Source of the DNA: an uncultured Alphaproteobacteria bacterium
GTDB taxonomy: Bacteria > Pseudomonadota > Alphaproteobacteria > UBA8366 > JADFVY01
Assembly (NCBI GenBank): GCA_947259795.1
Contig: CAMYNJ010000104.1
Span: 2,130 to 66,129 of the forward strand
Length of the DNA: 64,000 nt
Reading direction: 5' to 3'
A model generated the notes under the pieces. The model ran no database searches. It was given only the letters and a program-made list of their open reading frames with translations, and was not told the DNA's origin. This document shows, piece after piece, positions 9,291 to 16,693 of the stretch. The position numbers and the translations under genes were made by a program. The first letter of the stretch is position 1. Each line of letters begins with the position of its first letter.

Positions 9291-10304
9291 TTACATCTTC
9301 AGGCCGAGGAGTCTCACGGCGTTGTCCTGATATATTTTCTGACGGTCTTCCTCGCTGATTTCCAGCGCATCGAGAATCTTGACCGTCTCGCGGATATAGA
9401 ACGGCCCGCCTTCCGGGTCGAACGGCGCATCCGAGGCAAACAGTACGTTGTCGGCCCCGAAAAAGTCGAGCGCCGAAAGAATTGCCATGCGCGAGCCAAA
9501 GGTGGCGGTATCCGCATGGAAAAGCTTGAAATAGTCCAGAGGCCGCTTCTTCAACTCCTTCAGCAGGACCTTGTAGTCTGCGTCGGACGTGCGCGCGCCC
9601 AGCTGGTCCCAGCCCGGTCCGACGCGGCCTTCGAAGAAGGGGCTCATGCCGCCCGCATGGTGGGTGATGATCTTCAGGTTCGGCAGCCGGTCGAAGGTCT
9701 TGGAGAATACAAGCCGCGCCATCGCCGCCGAGGTTTCGTAGGGCCAGCCGAAAGTCCACCAGATCTCGTAAAGCGATTTTTCTTCAGTCGCATAATCCGA
9801 AAAGCGGGCGTTTCGCGCCGGATGGAGCCAGATCGGCTTGTCCACCGACGCCATATAATCGAAGAAGGGTTCGAATTCCGGCAGGTCGAGCGGCTTGCCG
9901 GCGACGTTGCTGTATATCTGCATGCCGCAGGCGCCCAGATCCTCGATCGCCCGGCGACTTTCCTCGACCAGCGCATCGGCGTTGTTCATCGGCGCGGTTC
10001 CGACGAAACCGGGGAAGCGGTCGGGATACTTGTTGCACAGTTCGGCCAGAGAGTCGGAGCCGATCCGGCTCAGCTCCAGCGCCTTTTCCGGGCTGGCCAC
10101 GACCTCCAGCGGCGGCGAGGCCAGCGTCAGCACCTGGCAATAATCCTCGAACATGTCCATCACCTGGAAGCGGCGGTCGAGGTCGGTGATCATCGGCACC
10201 TTCTCGCTGCGCATGGTGATGTTGGTCATCTCGCCGGTTTCGGTCCGAAGTGCGTCGTAGAAAGGCCGGGTCCAGATATGGGTGAAAACATCGATTTTCT
10301 TCAT
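9291..10304 (-). CDS. Amidohydrolase_2 family protein (ACMSD / non-oxidative aromatic-acid decarboxylase type)
   Basis: The start MKKIDVFTHIW is preceded by GGAGAGG. Motifs DVFTHIW, LHPARN, ITHHAGGMSPFFEGR and FASDAPF match the ACMSD/LigW-type metal ligand layout. Confidence 0.85.
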   Translation of the reverse strand: MKKIDVFTHIWTRPFYDALRTETGEMTNITMRSEKVPMITDLDRRFQVMDMFEDYCQVLTLASPPLEVVASPEKALELSRIGSDSLAELCNKYPDRFPGFVGTAPMNNADALVEESRRAIEDLGACGMQIYSNVAGKPLDLPEFEPFFDYMASVDKPIWLHPARNARFSDYATEEKSLYEIWWTFGWPYETSAAMARLVFSKTFDRLPNLKIITHHAGGMSPFFEGRVGPGWDQLGARTSDADYKVLLKELKKRPLDYFKLFHADTATFGSRMAILSALDFFGADNVLFASDAPFDPEGGPFYIRETVKILDALEISEEDRQKIYQDNAVRLLGLKM

Positions 10305-10492
10305 TTTTTCCTCTCCCGATAATCCCGCGCACGCCTGTGCCGGCGCACTGTTAACATAGCGGTGACTGTAGCCAGCGCCGGCCACAGCGTCACGCGTGTA
10401 TTCCGCGTTAGCGAACGCCATTCCGCACAACACTTGCCGCGCTGGACGCCATGGCCAATATCCGGCCAGGATTGCACAGCGGGAATGCGGCC

Positions 10493-10666
10493 ATGACCAA
10501 CGGAAACGGAAACGGGAACAAAATCGCCATTGTTGGCGGCGGGTTCGCGGGGCTGATGCCGGTCCTGACGGCGCGCGCCTTGCTGACGAAGGAGGAGAGT
10601 GGCGTCTACTTGCGGCCTGAAACATACCGGCTACGGGGTTGTGCAGACCGGTTCGAGCTTGTCTGA
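10493..10666 (+). pseudogene. Probable remnant of a flavoprotein gene (N-terminal Rossmann motif only)
   Basis: MTNGNGNGNKIAIVGGGFAGLMPVLTARALL has a clear GxGxxG dinucleotide-binding start, but the frame stops after ~57 codons. It lies in an otherwise gene-poor 500-bp stretch and contains an AACGGA-type hexanucleotide repeat coding NGNGNGN. Confidence 0.35.
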
Positions 10667-10722
10667 CAGTACCAGGCAGCGCGATGCCTTGAAGGTCAAG
10701 ACATGGAATTGATCTATATCAA

Positions 10723-10747
10723 GGAACGACGTTCCGCTATATGGCAC
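10723..10747 (+). promoter_or_regulatory. Tripartite operator site 1 (GGAAC-N3-GTTCC-N7-GGAAC family)
   Basis: GGAAC GAC GTTCC GCTATAT GGCAC, in the intergenic region between the amidohydrolase gene and the DUF6455-like ORF. Confidence 0.6.
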
Positions 10748-10913
10748 ATTTTGTTTCTGGCGTTGACGACCAGTCAGTCAATACGAAGGAGCGGGTTTCA
10801 TGGAGATTTTTTCACTGCTGTTTTTGGCGGCTTACGCAATTCTTATCCTCTGGGGTCTTGGAACCGTTTTACGGTCCTACAAGCCGAGCGGGCGGGCGCT
10901 TCAATTTCCGCGC

Positions 10914-11111
10914 ATGGCCAAGAGCCTGGGTGTCTCCGTCGCCGATATCGCCGATTCCAGCCTTGCCCCTCACCTGCAGACGGCTGACCTCTTTTGCGCG
11001 AACTGCACAGACAAGAAAGCCTGCGAAGCATGGCTGGCGACCCACGAATCCGCGGCCGAACCCCCGGAATTCTGCGTTAACGCCAGCTATCTGCGCCTCG
11101 CCAAGAGCTGA
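10914..11111 (+). CDS. Small Cys-motif protein, DUF6455-like
   Basis: MAKSLGVSVADIADSSLAPHLQTADLFCANCTDKKACEAWLATHESAAEPPEFCVNASYLRL fits the CxxC-x6-CxxWL...FCxN layout I recall for DUF6455. The ORF-track start at 10800 adds a hydrophobic, low-GC3 N-terminus and is an alternative. Confidence 0.5.
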   Translation: MAKSLGVSVADIADSSLAPHLQTADLFCANCTDKKACEAWLATHESAAEPPEFCVNASYLRLAKS

Positions 11112-11303
11112 ATAACCGTCGCAAAGGAAGTTCCCGCGCACATCGCCTTGAAAGCGGTGGTGTACGGCACCGGCGACAGGCGCTTCGACAATATCGGCGA
11201 CTTCATCCCCCGCACCAAACCGGCCGCCATACTGCAACGTTGCAAGGAAGTCGCCGGATACGACCTTGCTTGCCTGAACGAGATGGCTGCGGTTCCTCCC
11301 CGC

Positions 11304-11328
11304 GGAACAGCGTTCGTGACATAGGAAT
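11304..11328 (+). promoter_or_regulatory. Tripartite operator site 2
   Basis: GGAAC AGC GTTCG TGACATA GGAAT, 110 nt upstream of the tctC-like start. A fourth half-site (GTTCC at 11292-11296) lies N7 further upstream. Confidence 0.6.
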
Positions 11329-11437
11329 GAAACGGCGTATATTCGAATAATCATACGCTCGAGCGCCCGGTCGGCATGTTACTCCGTAACAATACGCCGG
11401 AGAAAAGCGCCGGGTGACCGAACGGGAGGAACCAAAA

Positions 11438-12460
11438 ATGTCTATCCGAATCTTGAAAATTGCCTTGGCGGCGGTGGCGGCGCTGGCAGTATCGACCGCG
11501 GCGCGAGCGGATTCCGTCGCGGATTTTTATAAGGGCAAAACGGTTGAATTCTATATCGGCTACAGCGTGGGTGGCGGTTACGACACCTATGCGCGCCTGA
11601 TTGCCCGCCATATTGGCAAACACATCCCTGGCAACCCGACGGTGGTGCCGAAGAATATGCCGGGCGCCGGCAGCCTGAAGCTCACCAACTGGCTTTACGA
11701 GGCAGCACCCCAGGACGGCACCGTGTTGGGCTCGGTCGCCCGTGCGGCGCCTTTCGATCCGCTGTTCGGGAACAAGAAGGCCATGTTCACGGCCGACAAG
11801 TTCAACTATATCGGCAGCGCCAATAACGAGGTCAGCATCTGTGCGGCGATGGCCGATACCGGCATCAAGACCGTCGACGATCTCAAGAGCAAGGAACTGA
11901 TTGTCGGCGGTACCGGCGACACTGCCGATACTGTGCAGTTTCCGAAAATCCTGAACGCGGTGCTGGGTACGAAGTTCAAGATCATCAACGGCTATCCGGG
12001 CGGCAAGGACGTGGTGCTGGCCATGGAGCGCGGCGAGGTTCATGGCCGTTGCGGCTGGTCCTGGTCCAGCGTGAAAGCCAAGAACAGGGACTGGCTCGAT
12101 GAAGGCAAGATGACCGTCATCATGCAGCTCTCAACCAGCAAGCATTCCGAACTGCCGGATATCCCGCTGGTCATGGATCTTGCGAAATCGGACGCCGACA
12201 AGGCTCTGTTGACGCTGATTTTCGCGCGTCAGGAACTGGGTCGGCCCTATGTGGCGCCGCCGAACATCCCGGCCGAGAGAGTTGCCGCCCTGCGCGCGGC
12301 CTTTGACGCCACCATGAAGGATCCGGAATTCCTTGCCGAGGCGAAGAGCGCCGATCTGGAACTGGCCCCGGTTTCGGGCGCCAGGGTTCAGGAACTGGTA
12401 AAGGAATCTTATACGACCGACCCGGCAGTCGTGGCGCGAATTAATAAAATCCTCAATTAA
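11438..12460 (+). CDS. tctC: Tripartite tricarboxylate transporter substrate-binding protein (TctC/Bug family)
   Basis: It has the signal peptide MSIRILKIALAAVAALAVSTAARA, then DFYKGKTVEFYIGYSVGGGYDTYARLIARHIGKHIPGNPTVVPKNMPGAGS, the Bug-family N-terminal signature. An RBS GGGAGGA precedes ATG 11438. Confidence 0.9.
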   Translation: MSIRILKIALAAVAALAVSTAARADSVADFYKGKTVEFYIGYSVGGGYDTYARLIARHIGKHIPGNPTVVPKNMPGAGSLKLTNWLYEAAPQDGTVLGSVARAAPFDPLFGNKKAMFTADKFNYIGSANNEVSICAAMADTGIKTVDDLKSKELIVGGTGDTADTVQFPKILNAVLGTKFKIINGYPGGKDVVLAMERGEVHGRCGWSWSSVKAKNRDWLDEGKMTVIMQLSTSKHSELPDIPLVMDLAKSDADKALLTLIFARQELGRPYVAPPNIPAERVAALRAAFDATMKDPEFLAEAKSADLELAPVSGARVQELVKESYTTDPAVVARINKILN

Positions 12461-12478
12461 GAGAGGGTGATGGCGGGG

Positions 12479-12515
12479 GCGGCGTCGCCGGCAACGGCGG
12501 CGCCGCTTCTTATTT
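12479..12515 (+). terminator. Rho-independent terminator-like hairpin after tctC
   Basis: GCGGCG-T-CGCCG GCAA CGGCG-G-CGCCGC followed by TTCTTATTT. Confidence 0.6.
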
Positions 12516-12564
12516 CAGCGGACCGCTAAAGGAATACAGGCATGCATCCGCGCGGAGGCTTCGA

Positions 12565-13386
12565 TTGAATAAGACAGGCATTGTCGGCGTGGGGCGCATG
12601 GGGCGTGCCATGGCCCGGCATCTGATAAAGGGCGGGTTTCCGGTTACCGCCGTCGATGGCAGCCGCGAGGCGGCGGATGCCGCGGCGGCACTGGGCGCGG
12701 AAGTGGTTGCCACGCCGGGGGCGCTGGCCGCCGCCTGCCATACGGTTTTCATAGCGGTGGGTTTCGACGAAGAGGTCGAGGCGGTCTGCCGGGGCGACGA
12801 CGGCATTTTCCAGGGCGCCCGGCCTGGGACAATCGTCGTCGTCAACAGCACGGTATCCGTCGAACTGGTGCGGCGTCTGGCCGATGAGGCCGCGGCGCGG
12901 GGACTGCGTTTTCTCGATATACCCATTGCCCGTGGCCGGCCCGCGGCCGAGGCGGGCACATTGCTGGCGCTGGCCGGTGGCGATGTGGCGGTGCTGGATG
13001 AAGTGCGGCCAATGTTGGAGACGTTCTGTTCCGACATTTCCCATCTCGGTGAGATCGGCCATGGTCAGGTCGCCAAGGCGATAAACAATCTGCTTTTGTG
13101 GATCAACGGCGTCGGGCTGATGGAGGCCGGGCGGCTGGCCGAGGGAACCGGCATCGATTTGGCCGCACTGCGGGACGCCATGCTGATGAGCAGCGGCCGC
13201 TCCTGGGCTCTGGAAAACTGGAACAGCGTCACCTTCACCTGGGCGCTGAAGGACATGCAGCTGTTGCTGGATATGTGCGACCGGACAGGAGGAGCTTTCC
13301 CGCTGACGGGGCTGGTCAAGGAACTGGTAAAGGACGGCCGCGAATCCAAACTGCGCGGCGACGCACCGGGCTGGACAAAGGATTAA
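12565..13386 (+). CDS. NAD(P)-dependent beta-hydroxyacid dehydrogenase (3-hydroxyisobutyrate dehydrogenase family), paralog 1 of 3
   Basis: GIVGVGRMGRAMARHL (Rossmann fold) and GHGQVAKAINNLLL (catalytic Lys motif). It has a TTG start. Paralogs lie at 15699-16529 and 25539-26399. Confidence 0.85.
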   Translation: MNKTGIVGVGRMGRAMARHLIKGGFPVTAVDGSREAADAAAALGAEVVATPGALAAACHTVFIAVGFDEEVEAVCRGDDGIFQGARPGTIVVVNSTVSVELVRRLADEAAARGLRFLDIPIARGRPAAEAGTLLALAGGDVAVLDEVRPMLETFCSDISHLGEIGHGQVAKAINNLLLWINGVGLMEAGRLAEGTGIDLAALRDAMLMSSGRSWALENWNSVTFTWALKDMQLLLDMCDRTGGAFPLTGLVKELVKDGRESKLRGDAPGWTKD

Positions 13387-14357
13387 GGCCAGCGCCAGTG
13401 CGCGATATTGATGACGGTTTCAGGTAGCGCCACCAGTCCCAGAATAAATTCGGTGCTGATTGTCAGCGCCATTGCGCCCAGGAATGACAGCCCGATCCCC
13501 GCGATGACCGAGAAGGTGATGACCTCGTGCTCCCGGTTCAGCATCCAGCTGAAGATGACCCGGAAGACCACCGACAGGCGCTGCACCGGCACGACCACGG
13601 AAACCGGTGCGATGGCCAGCGCCATATAGCGGAATGCCTGGGCCAGGAAGACGAAAACACCCGACGCGGTGAACCATTTCGCGTTGGTCCGGCTCAGCCC
13701 CTTCACATGGGCCAGATTGCCGGGCTGGATCAATAGTCCCACGATGATAACACTGGCTGCGGCATAGGAAATCAGGCCGCCGGCGATGCTGTCGACCATG
13801 CCGCCGCCTGCCAGGGCAATCTGCACCAGCAACGGAGAAACCCCATAGCCGACGGCGCAGACGAGGCCCCAGAAAATTCCCTCGGCATATTTCGGCGTGA
13901 AGTCTACGCTCGATTTCTTCTTCGGCGCCCTGCGCATGCCACGCAGCATGACCGCGGGACCCAGGAAGACGAGGATAATGCCGAAGATCTTCAGCGGCGT
14001 CAGGATGTCGTCGAGAAAAATCAGCGCCAGCACCAGGGCGACCAGCAGGCTCAACTGCTGAAACGGGCTGGAAAGCGCCGCCCCCATACATTTGTTGGCC
14101 CGATAGTTGCCGTAACGCCCAACGATGAAATGAACGATGCCGGCGGTAGAAAACCAAAGCCAGGATTCATCCGTGAAACCGGTCAGCGCGGCGAACCCGC
14201 CCGTGAACAGGCACAGCAGCGCAAATAGCGGCACGCCGATCGGCACCGTAATGGCCAGCCCCTGCAACACCGACCCGGTAATGACCCCGCGCCGCGCCGC
14301 GGCGTTGTTCATGCCGAATGTGACCGCCGAAAGAAGGGCGAGGGCCGCGCCTAGCAT
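13383..14357 (-). CDS. EamA/DMT-superfamily transporter
   Basis: 324 aa with about ten hydrophobic segments and two EamA-like halves. Its stop overlaps the convergent dehydrogenase stop in a TTAA. Confidence 0.85.
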   Translation of the reverse strand: MLGAALALLSAVTFGMNNAAARRGVITGSVLQGLAITVPIGVPLFALLCLFTGGFAALTGFTDESWLWFSTAGIVHFIVGRYGNYRANKCMGAALSSPFQQLSLLVALVLALIFLDDILTPLKIFGIILVFLGPAVMLRGMRRAPKKKSSVDFTPKYAEGIFWGLVCAVGYGVSPLLVQIALAGGGMVDSIAGGLISYAAASVIIVGLLIQPGNLAHVKGLSRTNAKWFTASGVFVFLAQAFRYMALAIAPVSVVVPVQRLSVVFRVIFSWMLNREHEVITFSVIAGIGLSFLGAMALTISTEFILGLVALPETVINIAHWRWP

Positions 14358-14385
14358 GGACGGCGCCCCATCCCGGCCTGGTGGT

Positions 14386-14991
14386 TCAAGAACCCTTGCC
14401 GCGCAGCAGTTTTCGCACCTGTTCCGGCGTCAGTTCCATTCCCGGCTTGTACTCCGGCGCGTTTTCATACTGTTGCAGGTCGTTGAGGCCGCACTGCTTG
14501 AAAATGCGGTTGGTGGAGGATATCAGGCGGGCCGGCCGGTCGGGGTCCGCATTGAAATGCTGGTGGATGGTGTTCGGCGGCACATAGACTATGTCGCCAG
14601 CCTCCCATTCGAAACGCTTGATCTCTTCCTGCGGCTTCCAGTGATAGTCGTCGGTGATCTCGACATCGCAATCCTGGTGCAGGTCGTAGCCACGCCCCTC
14701 CAGCACATAGAGGCATTCCTCGGCCAGATGCCGGTGCTTGCCGGAACGGCTGCCCGGCGGGATGATCTGCATATAGGCGTCCACCGTTTCCATTCGGGTG
14801 TTCATCGCCTCGTTGATCAGATGTTTCAGCAAACCCTGCCGCGACATCTCCCACGGCATCTCGTCCGGCGTGACGACCTTCTTGCGGCGCGCGTTGCGGG
14901 CCGGCGCCTCGGCCGCGTCGTCCAGCATCTGCTGGTACAGATTTTCGTTCAGCGCCCCGTCGATCCAGGCCTTCGTTTCACCCCACGCCAT
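14386..14991 (-). CDS. Monocupin, type B (gentisate-1,2-dioxygenase-like half), pair 1
   Basis: The internal start is MAWGETKAW. The cupin motifs are PPGSRSGKHRHLAEECLYVLEGRG and GDIVYVPPNTIHQHFN. It starts 2 nt after the preceding cupin's stop. Confidence 0.8.
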   Translation of the reverse strand: MAWGETKAWIDGALNENLYQQMLDDAAEAPARNARRKKVVTPDEMPWEMSRQGLLKHLINEAMNTRMETVDAYMQIIPPGSRSGKHRHLAEECLYVLEGRGYDLHQDCDVEITDDYHWKPQEEIKRFEWEAGDIVYVPPNTIHQHFNADPDRPARLISSTNRIFKQCGLNDLQQYENAPEYKPGMELTPEQVRKLLRGKGS

Positions 14992-14993
14992 GA

Positions 14994-15602
14994 TCAGTAA
15001 CCTTCCTCGGGGTGATTCAAGTCTTCTTCCTCCTCGCGCACGACGAAATCCTCGCCGCCGGGTGCGGGTTCGGTCTGGCGCGGTTCCACCGTTTTCTGGA
15101 ACAGCATGTTCATGAACAGGAACATCGGCTTGGTCTTGATGACCAGCGCGCGGGCCGGTTTGTCGGGCGAGGCGTTGAAATGCTGGTGGACACAATTGTT
15201 GTGGACGATGGCCACGTCGCCGGCCTTCCAGTCATAGCGGACGCCGTCATGGATCTCGTAACCGATGCCGTCGAGGATATAGAAGGCCGCCTCGTTGACA
15301 TGGCCGTGTTTCTGCGACTTGCCGCCAGGCCCGTATTCCTCCAGATGCAAATGGAAGGTCTGGGTGATACCATCCTTCGGTTCCACGTAATGGCGGCTGT
15401 AGGCTTGCGGGCCGTCGACGAACTTGATGTCCTTCGCCTTGCGCACGCGGGGCATGGCACGCAGGCGCTCCAGCTCCTCGGTCAGGTTGTAGGCACCCTG
15501 GATGGAGCGAACGAATATCCGGTCCTTGTTGCTGTGGTAATAGCCTGCCGGGCCTATGGCCGCGCCGTCGTCGGGGCTCTTGCCGTCATCGTCTTTTTTC
15601 AT
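14994..15602 (-). CDS. Monocupin, type A (gentisate-1,2-dioxygenase-like half), pair 1
   Basis: The start is MKKDDDGKSP. The cupin motifs are GPGGKSQKHGHVNEAAFYILDGIG and GDVAIVHNNCVHQHFN. It is a paralog of 18803-19390. Confidence 0.8.
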   Translation of the reverse strand: MKKDDDGKSPDDGAAIGPAGYYHSNKDRIFVRSIQGAYNLTEELERLRAMPRVRKAKDIKFVDGPQAYSRHYVEPKDGITQTFHLHLEEYGPGGKSQKHGHVNEAAFYILDGIGYEIHDGVRYDWKAGDVAIVHNNCVHQHFNASPDKPARALVIKTKPMFLFMNMLFQKTVEPRQTEPAPGGEDFVVREEEEDLNHPEEGY

Positions 15603-15667
15603 TTGCCTCTCTCGCCGGCCGGGTTTTGCTTTCGTGGAATCGATAGCAGAAAGCCCGTCCGCTCTCA

Positions 15668-15692
15668 AGAACAGCGTTCCCCATATGGGAAC
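15668..15692 (+). promoter_or_regulatory. Tripartite operator site 3
   Basis: AGAAC AGC GTTCC CCATATG GGAAC, between the dehydrogenase stop (15699) and the cupin A1 start (15602). Confidence 0.65.
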
Positions 15693-15698
15693 GGGTAA

Positions 15699-16529
15699 TC
15701 AGTCCACCTCCGGTACCGGCAGGCCGCGGGCCTTCTTGAAGGCCGCGATCGCTTGACGGACCGTCTGGCTCAAGGGCATGGCGACTCCCGACGTGGCAGC
15801 CTCGTCCAGCAGCAAATCCATGTCCTTCTCGGCCCACAGGGCGGGGCGTTCGTCGGCCCGCGTCTCCAGCGCCCAGTTGGCGCCGCTGCTGTGGCACAGC
15901 GCTTCACGCAGGGCTTCGCGGTCGACGCCGAGCGCCTCGCCCAGGTCCAGTCCCTCCACATTGGCGACGAGGCAGGTCCATAGCAGCATGTTGTTGATCG
16001 CCTTGGCGGTCTGCCCTGTTCCGGCCGGACCCAGATAATCGACGCGCGTGGAGAATGTGTTCAGCAGGGGATGGCAGCTTTCGACGGTATCCTTGTCGCC
16101 ACCGGCGAAAACCCGCAATTCGCCGGATCCGGCGGCCATTTCCCCGCCGGCAACAGGCGTGTCGATGGCCGTCAGGCCGTGACCGGTAACCCGTTCCGCC
16201 AGCGCCTTCATATAGCCGGGGGCCACGGTCGAGGCGATCAACAGGATCGTCCCGGGCCGGGCACCCGCCACAACGCCACCCTCTCCGAAAATAGCCTGCT
16301 CCACCTGGCTGTCGAAACCGACGATCAGGATGACAGCGTCACATTGTTCCGCCAGCCGAGCGCAGGAATCGGCGGTTTCCAGCCCAATAGCTCTGGCAGC
16401 CTCGATTGCCGCCGGATCCGGGTCAAATCCGCATACGACATAGCCATCGGCCAGGAGATGCCGCGCCATGGGCCGTCCCATCCGCCCGAGGCCGACGATT
16501 CCAAGCTTGGCGATCGTTCTTTCGGGCAT
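15699..16529 (-). CDS. NAD(P)-dependent beta-hydroxyacid dehydrogenase (HIBADH family), paralog 2 of 3
   Basis: LGIVGLGRMGRPMARHL and GTGQTAKAINNMLL. Confidence 0.85.
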   Translation of the reverse strand: MPERTIAKLGIVGLGRMGRPMARHLLADGYVVCGFDPDPAAIEAARAIGLETADSCARLAEQCDAVILIVGFDSQVEQAIFGEGGVVAGARPGTILLIASTVAPGYMKALAERVTGHGLTAIDTPVAGGEMAAGSGELRVFAGGDKDTVESCHPLLNTFSTRVDYLGPAGTGQTAKAINNMLLWTCLVANVEGLDLGEALGVDREALREALCHSSGANWALETRADERPALWAEKDMDLLLDEAATSGVAMPLSQTVRQAIAAFKKARGLPVPEVD

Positions 16530-16586
16530 CTCGATCCCTTATTATTTGCGTTCTGATGAGTATGGCACGCGAAATCGCCGATTTCC

Positions 16587-16611
16587 GGAATGCCGTTCCG
16601 CCAACCGGAAC
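16587..16611 (+). promoter_or_regulatory. Tripartite operator site 4
   Basis: GGAAT GCC GTTCC GCCAACC GGAAC, in the divergent region between the dehydrogenase (start 16529) and the tctA-tctB fusion (start 16694). Confidence 0.65.
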
Positions 16612-16693
16612 ATGACTATCGCACCGCTGGCCAATCTGGACCATATTGTCGAATATACCAAGTCCGGCAAGGGCGGGAAGACAGGGAGGAATA

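Noticed and set aside
11109-11111. In-frame TGA after the DUF6455-like ORF as a selenocysteine codon
   Set aside because: I could not fold a SECIS-like hairpin in the ~40 nt downstream. No selenoprotein family is suggested by the sequence, and no selA/selB/selD context is visible. It is kept only as a readthrough/pseudogene/short-gene question in the findings.
12516-12545. Possible extra operator copy, GGACC-GCTAAA-GGAAT, upstream of the 12565 dehydrogenase
   Set aside because: The spacer is 6 rather than 7 nt, the first half-site with its N3 spacer is missing, and the arms are asymmetric. It does not fit the strict 5-3-5-7-5 geometry of the ten accepted sites.
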